IMG/VR virus record: IMGVR_UViG_3300031957_002603
Coordinates: 32,001 to 96,000 of that record
From: a virus
Strand: one strand, 5' to 3'
Length of the DNA: 64,000 bases
Below, in pieces: positions 18,748 to 27,800 of this stretch. The notes beneath the pieces are model-generated. The model made no database searches. It was not told where the DNA came from and saw nothing but the letters and a program-made list of their open reading frames with translations. Numbering within the stretch: the stretch's first letter is position 1; every line of letters starts with the position of its first letter. The translations under genes were made by a program, and so were the position numbers.

Positions 18748-19679
18748 AAATTTTAGTTACAGGTGGCGCAGGCTTTATCGGTACCACATTAATTCCAAAA
18801 TTATTAGAAGAAGGGCATGAAGTTACTGTTTTTGATATTCTGCTTCATGGCGGCAATCCTATTATTCCTTTCTTTAAGAATAAAAATTTTAGTTTTATTA
18901 AGGGCGATATTCGAGATCAAGAAGCCCTAGAACAAGCAGTTAAAGGAAAGGATGTTATTATTCACCTAGCGGCCATTGTTGGCTTTCCGGCGTGCAGACT
19001 TAACCCTCAAGCAGCGAAAGATATCAATGTTCAGGGAACAATTAACCTTATTAATGCATGTACGGATGATCAGATAATCCTTTATGGATCAACAGGAAGT
19101 AATTATGGAACTGTCAAAGACATATGCACTGAAGAAAGTCCGCTTAATCCACTTAGCCTTTATGGTGAAACAAAAACAGAGGCAGAAAGAATTTTGCTAG
19201 AAAGAGGCAATGTGGTTGCTTATCGATTTGCTACTGCATTTGGCACTTCTCCAAGAATGAGAATGGATTTGCTAGTCAACGATTTTTCTAATAAATGTGT
19301 AAAAGATGGTTATATTGTTGTGTATGAAAAGCATTTTATGAGAACTTTTATACATGTATCTGACATTGCAGATTCATTTGTATTTGCAATCAATAATATT
19401 GATAAGATGGTTAACAATGTGTATAATGTTGGTCACGAATCAATGAATCATAGTAAACAAGAAGTTTGCCAAATGATTGTTGATAAAACGGGTGCATTCG
19501 TTCATTTTGAGGAAATTGGAGAGGATGCCGATAAAAGAAACTATATTGTTAGTTACGACAAAATTGGTAAACTCGGTTTTAAAACTAAGATTACCCTAGA
19601 AGAGGGTGTTAATGAGATTGTTGAAGTTCTTAAAATTATGGATTTTCAAAAAGATTATACAAATGCAAAATATATTTAG
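18744..19679 (+). CDS. NAD-dependent nucleotide-sugar epimerase/dehydratase (extended SDR)
   Basis: VTGGAGFIG, HLAAIVG, YGETK (YxxxK), RFATAFGTSPRMR. Confidence 0.9.
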   Translation: MKILVTGGAGFIGTTLIPKLLEEGHEVTVFDILLHGGNPIIPFFKNKNFSFIKGDIRDQEALEQAVKGKDVIIHLAAIVGFPACRLNPQAAKDINVQGTINLINACTDDQIILYGSTGSNYGTVKDICTEESPLNPLSLYGETKTEAERILLERGNVVAYRFATAFGTSPRMRMDLLVNDFSNKCVKDGYIVVYEKHFMRTFIHVSDIADSFVFAINNIDKMVNNVYNVGHESMNHSKQEVCQMIVDKTGAFVHFEEIGEDADKRNYIVSYDKIGKLGFKTKITLEEGVNEIVEVLKIMDFQKDYTNAKYI

Positions 19680-19688
19680 GATGAATAA

Positions 19689-20639
19689 ATGAAATTAGTT
19701 GTTATTACAGGATGCCTTGGCCTCATTGGCTCATATGTAACCCGCAAATGTCTTCAAAAAGGTTGGAGAGTCTACGGAATCGATAAATGCACATATGCAG
19801 CCAACATGGATTCTTATTATGAATTTTGTGAATATGAAAACTTTGATTTTCTCGAGGAAGATATTGCAAATGTTTCTTATTTGCCTGATTGTGATTATAT
19901 AATCAACATCGCTGCTGAATCTCACGTCGGCAACAGTATTATCGAATCAGAAGATTTTATTCATTCAAATGTCGTAGGTGTTAAAAATCTATTAGACCTA
20001 ATACGCAAGAAGCCAAAGAATGTTGACAATCAGCCTATTTTCTTCCACTTCAGCACAGATGAAGTTTATGGCGATATCGTAGAAGGCGAACACATTGAGA
20101 CCGATATTTTAAAACCTTCTAACCCTTATTCTGCGTCAAAAGCCGCCGCTGATATGTTTATTCTTGCTTGGGCTAGAACTTATGACATGAAATACATTAT
20201 TCTGCGACCAACTAACAATTATGGCAAAGGCCAATACCCAGAAAAATTGATTCCTATTTCTGTCAAGATGCTTCAGCGTGGAAAGAAAATTAGACTTCAT
20301 GATGAAGGGGAACCTGTAAGAAACTGGCTTCACTCTGATGACACAGCAGAGGCTGTTATCTCGATCATTCAGTCGGGTACTTATAATGAAATTTACAATG
20401 TTGCCGGTGGTTTTGAACAGAAAAATAAAGAAACAGTCAGAAAGATTATTGAGAACTTTTTCGAAGATGGACGTAATTATCTGGACTATGTTGATCTGGG
20501 TTACAAAAGAGTCGGTCAAGATGTCAGATATGCTCTTAATGATGATAAACTTAGAGCACTTGGCTGGGAGCCAAAAAAGAATTTTGATGAGGAAATTGCA
20601 AAACTTGTAAAACATTACAAGAATAATTTCAGATGGTAG
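19689..20639 (+). CDS. rfbB: dTDP-glucose 4,6-dehydratase
   Basis: ITGCLGLIG, AAESHV, STDEVYGD, PSNPYSASKAA, NNYG..QYPEKLIP, RNWLH, GQDVRY. Confidence 0.9.
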   Translation: MKLVVITGCLGLIGSYVTRKCLQKGWRVYGIDKCTYAANMDSYYEFCEYENFDFLEEDIANVSYLPDCDYIINIAAESHVGNSIIESEDFIHSNVVGVKNLLDLIRKKPKNVDNQPIFFHFSTDEVYGDIVEGEHIETDILKPSNPYSASKAAADMFILAWARTYDMKYIILRPTNNYGKGQYPEKLIPISVKMLQRGKKIRLHDEGEPVRNWLHSDDTAEAVISIIQSGTYNEIYNVAGGFEQKNKETVRKIIENFFEDGRNYLDYVDLGYKRVGQDVRYALNDDKLRALGWEPKKNFDEEIAKLVKHYKNNFRW

Positions 20640-20640
20640 A

Positions 20641-20877
20641 ATGACAGAATTTGAATTTACGGTTGAGAAAAACAAAGAATTAAGAAACTGGTTGGTAGAA
20701 TTAGAGAAAAAATGCAAAGAGTTAATAAAGAAAATTGACAACGAAGGATTAGGCATTCATCATAATGTAAATTCAGACATTTTTGAAATGAGCACAAGAA
20801 TCTATAAAATATCAGCAGTTTTGGGAATGATCAAAACATTCAATTTAGAATTAGACAAATTAGATGATAATGAGTAA
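20641..20877 (+). CDS. Hypothetical protein
   Basis: 78-aa ORF packed between neighbours; no motif recognised. Confidence 0.6.
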   Translation: MTEFEFTVEKNKELRNWLVELEKKCKELIKKIDNEGLGIHHNVNSDIFEMSTRIYKISAVLGMIKTFNLELDKLDDNE

Positions 20878-21053
20878 TGTACAAAAAAGGACAACTAGTT
20901 CAAATCACGTTCTTATACAGAGAATCGATTGGAGTTTATTTAGGATTTATAACGGTGAATGGAATTGTTCTTAACAGAGTCTACAATTTAAAAAGAAAGA
21001 TGGTCACGTTCTATACATGTGACGAAATTAAACCAATAGGAAGTGAAGAATGA
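20877..21053 (+). CDS. Small hypothetical protein (58 aa; possibly SH3/KOW-like), not in ORF track
   Basis: MYKKGQLVQITFLYRESIGVYLG...PIGSEE*; TAATG overlap at start and ATGA overlap at end fill the gap exactly. Confidence 0.65.
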   Translation: MYKKGQLVQITFLYRESIGVYLGFITVNGIVLNRVYNLKRKMVTFYTCDEIKPIGSEE

Positions 21054-21247
21054 ATTACACTCTATCAAGCCAAGCCATCGGCGCTCTAATGATGGCACTG
21101 CAAAAGTCTCTCCTCGAGCAATCGGATATCGTTCCGGTTCTTCAAGGTTTTGAGATCCAAGTTGATGACACAAATCAACTCGTCGTAATGAATCCTCCGG
21201 TTGTTAAGATGCCGGAAGGCGAAACTATCGAGACATCTGTCCAATAA
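21050..21247 (+). CDS. Hypothetical protein
   Basis: 65-aa ORF translationally coupled on both sides. Confidence 0.7.
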   Translation: MNYTLSSQAIGALMMALQKSLLEQSDIVPVLQGFEIQVDDTNQLVVMNPPVVKMPEGETIETSVQ

Positions 21248-21498
21248 TGCCTCGTTATTATTATCATTGCGATGCCTGCGGAGGCGAATTTGAGGTCCGT
21301 CATGGAATGTCTGAGATACAAGATGAGTGTCTCGAATGCTCTAGTGCTGGGCCTCTTGTTCGTATTCCGCAATTGATTCAAAAACCAGAACAACGAAAAG
21401 ATTCTTCAAATGCAAGATCAAGAGTCGTTGATGCAATTGAAGAGAATAGGCAACTATTAAAGAAAATGAAGAAGGTAAGAATAGATGACCCTAGTTAA
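21247..21498 (+). CDS. FmdB-family zinc-ribbon protein
   Basis: MPRYYYHCDACGGEFE...CLEC (MPxYxYxCxxC...CxxC). Confidence 0.85.
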   Translation: MPRYYYHCDACGGEFEVRHGMSEIQDECLECSSAGPLVRIPQLIQKPEQRKDSSNARSRVVDAIEENRQLLKKMKKVRIDDPS

Positions 21499-21880
21499 TT
21501 GGCTTATTATTGCTTTATTTTTATCGATTATAGGCAACTTTTTGGCTTTGTGGTACATAAGTAGACTACTCGCTAAGGTATTGTTTGTATCTCAAAATCT
21601 TACCGATTTAGTGGATCTTTTGACCACATATCGCAATCACTTGCAACGCTTGTTTAATCTCGAGATGTATTACGGAGATGAGACAATGCAGTTTTTAATC
21701 AAACATACAAAATCATTGCTAGATGTACTGGAGGACTATAGCGATATTTATTTAATGACCGAACCCATTGAGGTCGGTGAAGAGGATGAAGAGTCTTATG
21801 ACGACGAAGAAGAGACGGGGCCGCAGGCGGTCAACGAAGAGAATGTATTTTACGGAGGTACACGAGGCGGCAATAGTTGA
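21485..21880 (+). CDS. Single-pass membrane protein with acidic tail
   Basis: N-terminal hydrophobic helix (WLIIALFLSIIGNFLALWYI), amphipathic middle, acidic C-terminus. Confidence 0.7.
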   Translation: MTLVNWLIIALFLSIIGNFLALWYISRLLAKVLFVSQNLTDLVDLLTTYRNHLQRLFNLEMYYGDETMQFLIKHTKSLLDVLEDYSDIYLMTEPIEVGEEDEESYDDEEETGPQAVNEENVFYGGTRGGNS

Positions 21881-22502
21881 ATATTGCTCTAGCAATTGTA
21901 ACGAAAGAAAATCAGAACTCTACGTTAGTTTTATTCAACCAACATTTAACGAGATGGTAGATAAGATTGTTTATTCATATCATTTTACCTCGCTTGCTAA
22001 CATCGATGATTTAAGAGCAGAATGCAAAGCGTGGCTTGTTACCATCTTAGATAAGTTTGATCCAAACAAAGGATCCAAAGCATTTTCGTACTTTAGTGTG
22101 GTAACCAAGAATTGGTTTATTCACAAAGTAAAGAAGCAAACCAAAAGATGTCAGCGAGAGATCGAGTATGACCTTGTGGCAAAAGAAGTCTACGAGCAAG
22201 AAGTTCAGCCAGAGTCGAACTATCTTTCAAAGCGAGAGAAAGAAGATTTTTGGAGAAAACTGTGGGAAGAGATTGAAGCATGGGGTACGGATGACATGCG
22301 AGATAATGAGAAGAAAGTCTACGAGGCTATAAAGATTGTTTTGTCTTCCGCAGATGAAATTGACATTTTAAATAAAAAAGCAGTGTACCTCTATTTAAGA
22401 GAACTCACGGGCTTGAATACAAAGCAGATCGTAACTCAGTTGAACAAGATGCGAGAAAAGTACAGAGACTTCAGAGTCGACTGGGATAACGGTAAAATTT
22501 AA
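21798..22502 (+). CDS. Phage sigma factor, T4 gp55-like (late transcription)
   Basis: Region-2-like DDLRAEC..WLVTILDKFDPNKGSKAFSYFSVVTKNWFI resembles gp55-type FDPEKS.NPFAYFTQI; sits immediately before the virion module; start uncertain (ATG 21798). Confidence 0.7.
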   Translation: MTTKKRRGRRRSTKRMYFTEVHEAAIVEYCSSNCNERKSELYVSFIQPTFNEMVDKIVYSYHFTSLANIDDLRAECKAWLVTILDKFDPNKGSKAFSYFSVVTKNWFIHKVKKQTKRCQREIEYDLVAKEVYEQEVQPESNYLSKREKEDFWRKLWEEIEAWGTDDMRDNEKKVYEAIKIVLSSADEIDILNKKAVYLYLRELTGLNTKQIVTQLNKMREKYRDFRVDWDNGKI

Positions 22503-22508
22503 AATAAA

Positions 22509-22516
22509 ACTAATTA
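22509..22516 (+). promoter_or_regulatory. Candidate late promoter ACTAATTA
   Basis: Motif in the 18-nt gap between sigma gene and first structural-module gene; recurs before four other virion genes. Confidence 0.6.
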
Positions 22517-22520
22517 GGTT

Positions 22521-22814
22521 ATGAGTAAAAAACTTGAAAAATGCATCGATGATGCCCTAAAAAACATTGAAGAAGATCGAAAAGTAACAAAAGAACTTCT
22601 TAATGATGCAATCAAATATGTTGCTGTTGATGAGGCAAGACATAGAGAAGTTGGCATTATTATGTCAAAATATGTTGAGACCCTTCAACGCTCCAACGAA
22701 CAATTGGTTAAAATAGCGGGCCTTATGTCTAAGAATGAAAAGGCTCAGGCTGGACTGACCGATGATGATAAAAAAGATTTATTTGATTTGATCTCCGGCA
22801 AAGACGATGAGTAA
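22521..22814 (+). CDS. Hypothetical helical protein
   Basis: 97-aa helical/coiled-coil ORF heading the structural module. Confidence 0.75.
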   Translation: MSKKLEKCIDDALKNIEEDRKVTKELLNDAIKYVAVDEARHREVGIIMSKYVETLQRSNEQLVKIAGLMSKNEKAQAGLTDDDKKDLFDLISGKDDE

Positions 22815-23928
22815 TTATTTTGTAAAGTTTTTTGATGCAATTCAGGATAGAATCGCAAGGCATGAACTTGAAGAAGAGATTAAGTTAGAGAAGTTATTCG
22901 GAAGAAATAAACTTGCTGGGAAAACAACATTCGAAGGTATTGTAATGAATGACCCAGCCGGAACATCCGGTGAGACGACTAATGGATCTACCGTTAATCG
23001 TTTTGTTGCAGTTAAGGTTTACATCAAAGATCTTGACGATCACATGTTTGACTTTGATCTTTTAAACAAAGTAACCGACGAGCAACAAAAAATAAACTTG
23101 CTGAATAATTTGATTGGTGGGTGCTACACTGCATATCCCGATTCTGCTTTATATTCTTCCGAACCGGACCCCAAGTTCCAAGCAGGATGCACGGTCGAAC
23201 TAAAGTTTGCAGATCAGGGCCCGCAAACAGCAGACCATGGTAGAATGCGAGGCTTAAGATATACAAAGGTCACCAGATTATCTGACAGTAGGTATTCTAA
23301 TTTTGCAAAATACTTTACAGGACAGGTCTCAAATTTGTTTGAAAACCAATCGATATCTCAAAATGGTGATTTTGAAGATAGAAGCACGAGTGCAATTACA
23401 GATTTGTCAGCACCAGCACAGACAATAATTAATGAATTTATATCAGAATTTAAAAAAAGACAATCAATCGATCTCGTTACAACCAGTACTTTAAGAACAT
23501 ACGGAGCGCAGGTTAGAATTGAACATACAAACGTGCAGAAAAACGGCGGCCAAGATTGGTATAGAAAAACTTATGGAACCAACAAAACAAGAACTGAAAT
23601 GCTAAATAATTATGTAACATACCCAAACGATATTCCGGGTAATATTGAGAGGAATGTACCTAAATTAAAATCTTCCGGTCTTGGAAGCGCCCACCTTAAA
23701 GGATTAGGTATTGATTTTAAAACCAGCAAATTAACTTATGATCAGGGAGTGGCGTTAGAAAATTTAGCCTTGGAATTTAAGAACGCTGGAAAATTCTCTA
23801 ACTTTGAGTGGGAACTGTTGAGCACAAAATATAGCAGCAACAGAGAAGCGAGAAAAACAAAAGGAACCACGTTTTCTGGTGAACATTTCCATATTTCAAT
23901 CAACGCTAAAGCAATAGGACAATACTAA
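22807..23928 (+). CDS. Putative baseplate hub/tail lysin with C-terminal M15-type Zn peptidase
   Basis: TSTLRTYGAQ, SAHLKGLGID (H-x6-D), EHFHI; located upstream of spike, gp25 and gp6. Confidence 0.7.
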   Translation: MSNYFVKFFDAIQDRIARHELEEEIKLEKLFGRNKLAGKTTFEGIVMNDPAGTSGETTNGSTVNRFVAVKVYIKDLDDHMFDFDLLNKVTDEQQKINLLNNLIGGCYTAYPDSALYSSEPDPKFQAGCTVELKFADQGPQTADHGRMRGLRYTKVTRLSDSRYSNFAKYFTGQVSNLFENQSISQNGDFEDRSTSAITDLSAPAQTIINEFISEFKKRQSIDLVTTSTLRTYGAQVRIEHTNVQKNGGQDWYRKTYGTNKTRTEMLNNYVTYPNDIPGNIERNVPKLKSSGLGSAHLKGLGIDFKTSKLTYDQGVALENLALEFKNAGKFSNFEWELLSTKYSSNREARKTKGTTFSGEHFHISINAKAIGQY

Positions 23929-24884
23929 TGTCAGGAGATCTTAAATCACAAAAGAAACCAATTGATGTTCAATGCCTTTCCTTTACGGATCAAGGCATTA
24001 AAGAAATAATCAGTTCGGGAGAGTTTACTGGACCATTCCACACACCGCTTGCCGAATGTGTTCCAATCTATGAGTCGGCCCCATGTGAAACAGTGATCGC
24101 CGGAGATAACAATGCTTTTGTTATTCTCGGTCGGGACAGACCATATTCGCTAGGTTCTGGTAAAGGTGCATTCGGCGGTAAGTGCGGAAGAATTCATATG
24201 ATTGCAGGTCTTGCCGCTGCGTATGAGAACGCATCTGACGGTCTCGAGACAGGACCGAATTTAATCACAGATGCAGCAACGCTCTACATTACGCAAAGAG
24301 GAAACATTGATGCATACTTTGGATTGCCACCGGGCAAGAATAGAAGCGCTGATGATCGTTCCGCAATCGCTTTGAAAGCAGATCACACAAGAATTATTGC
24401 AAGAGAATCGGTTAAAATTTATGCTGGACCAACGAAAACAAGTTCAATCAAAAAAGAAACCAACTCTGCCACAGGCGAACTTGATATGAGAGGCCGCATT
24501 GATCTCATTGCAGGAGACGAAAACAATCTTCAACCAGCGGTGCTTGGAAATCATCTAGCAGAATATCTCTCTGAGTTAACCACACTCATACAACAAATCT
24601 GCACCGCAGTTGAAGATCTCAATAAAAGAACAAACAGAATTAACAATGCTCTTGCAATTCATAGACATGATCCCCAACCTTTACGTGGAATTACATCTGG
24701 GCCGAAATTTCTTTTAGACACTGCTTTAAAAGTTGATTTGTTAAAAGGCAAAAAGGCAAAATGGAATCACACTTGGACCAATTTAAATCTTACGTTGGCC
24801 GAATTTAATGCATTTGATTTCAATGATTTACTACCAGTTAAGGGCGCTAGAAATTTCCTTTCGGATAATATATACATAACATGA
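23928..24884 (+). CDS. Putative baseplate central spike (gp5-C/gpV-like)
   Basis: Beta-rich (IALKADHTRIIARESVKI), then helix and HRH (HxH apex motif); synteny. Confidence 0.55.
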   Translation: MSGDLKSQKKPIDVQCLSFTDQGIKEIISSGEFTGPFHTPLAECVPIYESAPCETVIAGDNNAFVILGRDRPYSLGSGKGAFGGKCGRIHMIAGLAAAYENASDGLETGPNLITDAATLYITQRGNIDAYFGLPPGKNRSADDRSAIALKADHTRIIARESVKIYAGPTKTSSIKKETNSATGELDMRGRIDLIAGDENNLQPAVLGNHLAEYLSELTTLIQQICTAVEDLNKRTNRINNALAIHRHDPQPLRGITSGPKFLLDTALKVDLLKGKKAKWNHTWTNLNLTLAEFNAFDFNDLLPVKGARNFLSDNIYIT

Positions 24885-27800
24885 CAACACTTAATGAATC
24901 AAAGTTTTTAAACAAACAAAAAGACGTTTGTGAGGATACCGTTGCGGAGAGACCACCTCCGAAGATATGCCCTACTTGCATACCGAATCCCGATGCTATT
25001 GTTCCTACTTGGTATGAAGCCGAGGAACCATTTCTTGACGAACAACGGTGCGAGTATGTTGTTAGAGTCAATGTAAATGACAACGGCGATAGTTACGATG
25101 TATCTCAAATGAGAGAATCGGGCAAATCTCTTCGTGAGGTTTTGAATTCTTATAAGATTGCAGGAATCTATCAATTATTGCGATTTTTTGAAAAAGAAAT
25201 ATCAAACCAAGTAATCTTCGCCTTTGCCGATGATCCTCAAAAACTTAAGAGATTATTAAGAAGAAATAGAGCAAATACAGAACAATTAATCGAGAAGGTG
25301 ACTCAAAGTGTCACTGACGGTGTTTTTGATATTTATTCATTAAGCGAAGGACTTATTGAAGCATATGGGCTAAACGCTGAAGGCTTCAACCCCGAAGCCC
25401 TTGAACTTTATGCTCGTGCCGATGACTATTGGGTTTCTTTGTATCAAACGCCAAAAGGCGGAGAACCAATCTGGGTCAAAGTTGTAATTCCAGCGTTTAT
25501 CTTTGACAGAGTCGCAGAAGGCCTTGCTGGAGACGAAGAAGAATCTGACACATCTGGTGAGAGAGAAGTTATTATTGACGGTACCAAGTTTAAAGGCAAG
25601 ATACGAAGATTAAAGCACGTTCTTGGAGTTTATAGTAAGTATCAAGCATATTGGTGGCAATCCGAGAAAGGAAAATTGGCTTTTCAAAATGATCCAATCA
25701 AGGGGTCTTATAAGAACTCATTCTATTGTAAGATCTATATTGATAAAATTAATGATATTGCTGACGAAATTGAGTCACTAATTGAGTCGCAAACTGATTT
25801 CAAATTGAGAAATCGTAGAACCAACCGCGCTGTTGACAAAATTAAAATAACATTTAAGCAGAGAGGCAATAACCCTTATTATATAAAGAAACTTGAGGTC
25901 ATGGGCTTTAGTTGCCCCGAGTATGAAAGGATAAATTTAAATTCTCTCAAAGCAAACAAGAGAAAATACAAAGCACCGTTTAATAATGAAACTGCGTTGG
26001 GATATATAGCCAATCTAAATCCTATCGACAGTGATCTTAATGCAAGAGAGACGCCTCCTTGGCTTGACTTCTTGGTTAAATACACATATCCAAAACTAAC
26101 TCTTGACTATGGAAATGCTTCACCAGAAACAAGCGTGACCGATGGCACCACTTCTATACTTGGCTGTATTGTTGATAATAACGGCGGGACAGAAGGGCTT
26201 CGTGATTTTTTCTTCGATCAGGTTATTTCAACCTTTGAAGCAATTGAATATAAATGGAACCAGAATGCATGTAAGGTTTTAGCCGGCGCTGCAAATGCTG
26301 CAAGGGCTGCTGGTGATGCAGCGAGATCTGGCTTGTCAGACGAACAAGCAGAGTTCCAACAAGATCAGATCCTTGGAGAACTTCAAGAAGACTTAGACAA
26401 AACAAGTAGTGGCGGCGCTTTCATGTTTGCCGAGGCTGCTATTGAAAGAGGAATTGATGATCTTGAAGAAGAGTTATATAAATTTGAAAAAGAAATAGAG
26501 TTACAAGAAAAAATTGATTTCTGGGTAACTCAAAGAGATAAGGCTGGTGAAGAACTTAATGAAATTGTTGGTTTTTGGACTTTTTTCTTTGAACAAAATA
26601 ATTGGAGACCAACAGATTTTATCATTGGATTAGCAGAACAACAAGCAGCAGAACAGGCCGCAATAGATGCAGATATTGCCGAACAAGAGGCCCAAGCCGC
26701 CGCCGTTGAAGCCGAGCGACTACAAGACCAATACGAAGTTGACGCTTTTGCAGCAGATGTTTTTGGTGGACCGATCCCAACAAAACCAGATTCCGAAATT
26801 GTAGATTTATCTTTTGAGGCCATGAACCTCCCAGAAGACCTAGGAAGTTCATCATTATTGGACGAAGGCACCGGTGCCTTAAGTGAATTAAATATACCAG
26901 AAAGCGTAACTAATGCTGTTGAGAATTTTTTAAGCGGTGACCTAGAACAAAAAATACAATATGCTTTAACTATTGTTTCGCAAGGGAATTCCATTGCAGC
27001 CACCGCTTTCCCTGATACCGGTAAGGCTGATTCGCTACAGAGAAATAAGACATTCTCAATTGAAAATATAGATAAACTCAATAAAGAACTTCAAGAACTT
27101 CAAGAAAGTACGGCTAGGTCTCGAGCACGTGAAGAAAGAAAAGCCGAGAACGAACAAAGAAGAAATAATAAAGACGAAGCAAGATTCAAAAGAAAAGAAA
27201 CAAAACAGGTCAACAAAGAAGCGGATGGCATCCTATCCGGAAGAAAAGCACGAAAGCAAAATCGAGAACAAAGACGAAAAGACAATAAATTTTATAGAGC
27301 AGATGCTAGAGCGGCTAGAACAGAACGACGTCAATCTCGAGGCGCTGAAAGAGGAGAGAACCCCTTCATTGCATACGGTCGAGAAGCAGCACTTAAGGGT
27401 TTCGATTTTGAGAATTCACTTATCTCTTTGTTCTTAAATGAAGAAGAATTTTCAAACTATGGCTTGTCTGGTTTTAATTTATCAAGAATTGGCGGAAAAA
27501 GAAAGAAAGGCGAAGGCGCAAAACAGCGATTAAAGAACTTTTTCGACAACTTTGGTATTTGTGGTTTCAATAAATTGCTCGAAAAAGCAATCAAATGTTT
27601 ATTGTCCGGAATGGATTTAAGGACCGCTCTTAATCAAATCGTTCGTGCCGCAATATCAAATATGTCTCCAGCCGCAATGGAAAAACTCCTTGTTGGTCTT
27701 GATCCAAGAAAGCAAGCCGAGATTCGAGAATATGTCGCTCAACAATTTCAAGACATGCCGGCGCCATGGGAAAGAGATTACCAACCCGGTCGTGTAACAA

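Noticed and set aside
937-20639. Bacterial chromosomal O-antigen/capsule locus next to a prophage
   Set aside because: No flippase/polymerase, integrase or housekeeping genes; same promoter style as the phage replication genes and continuous gene packing into the virion module.
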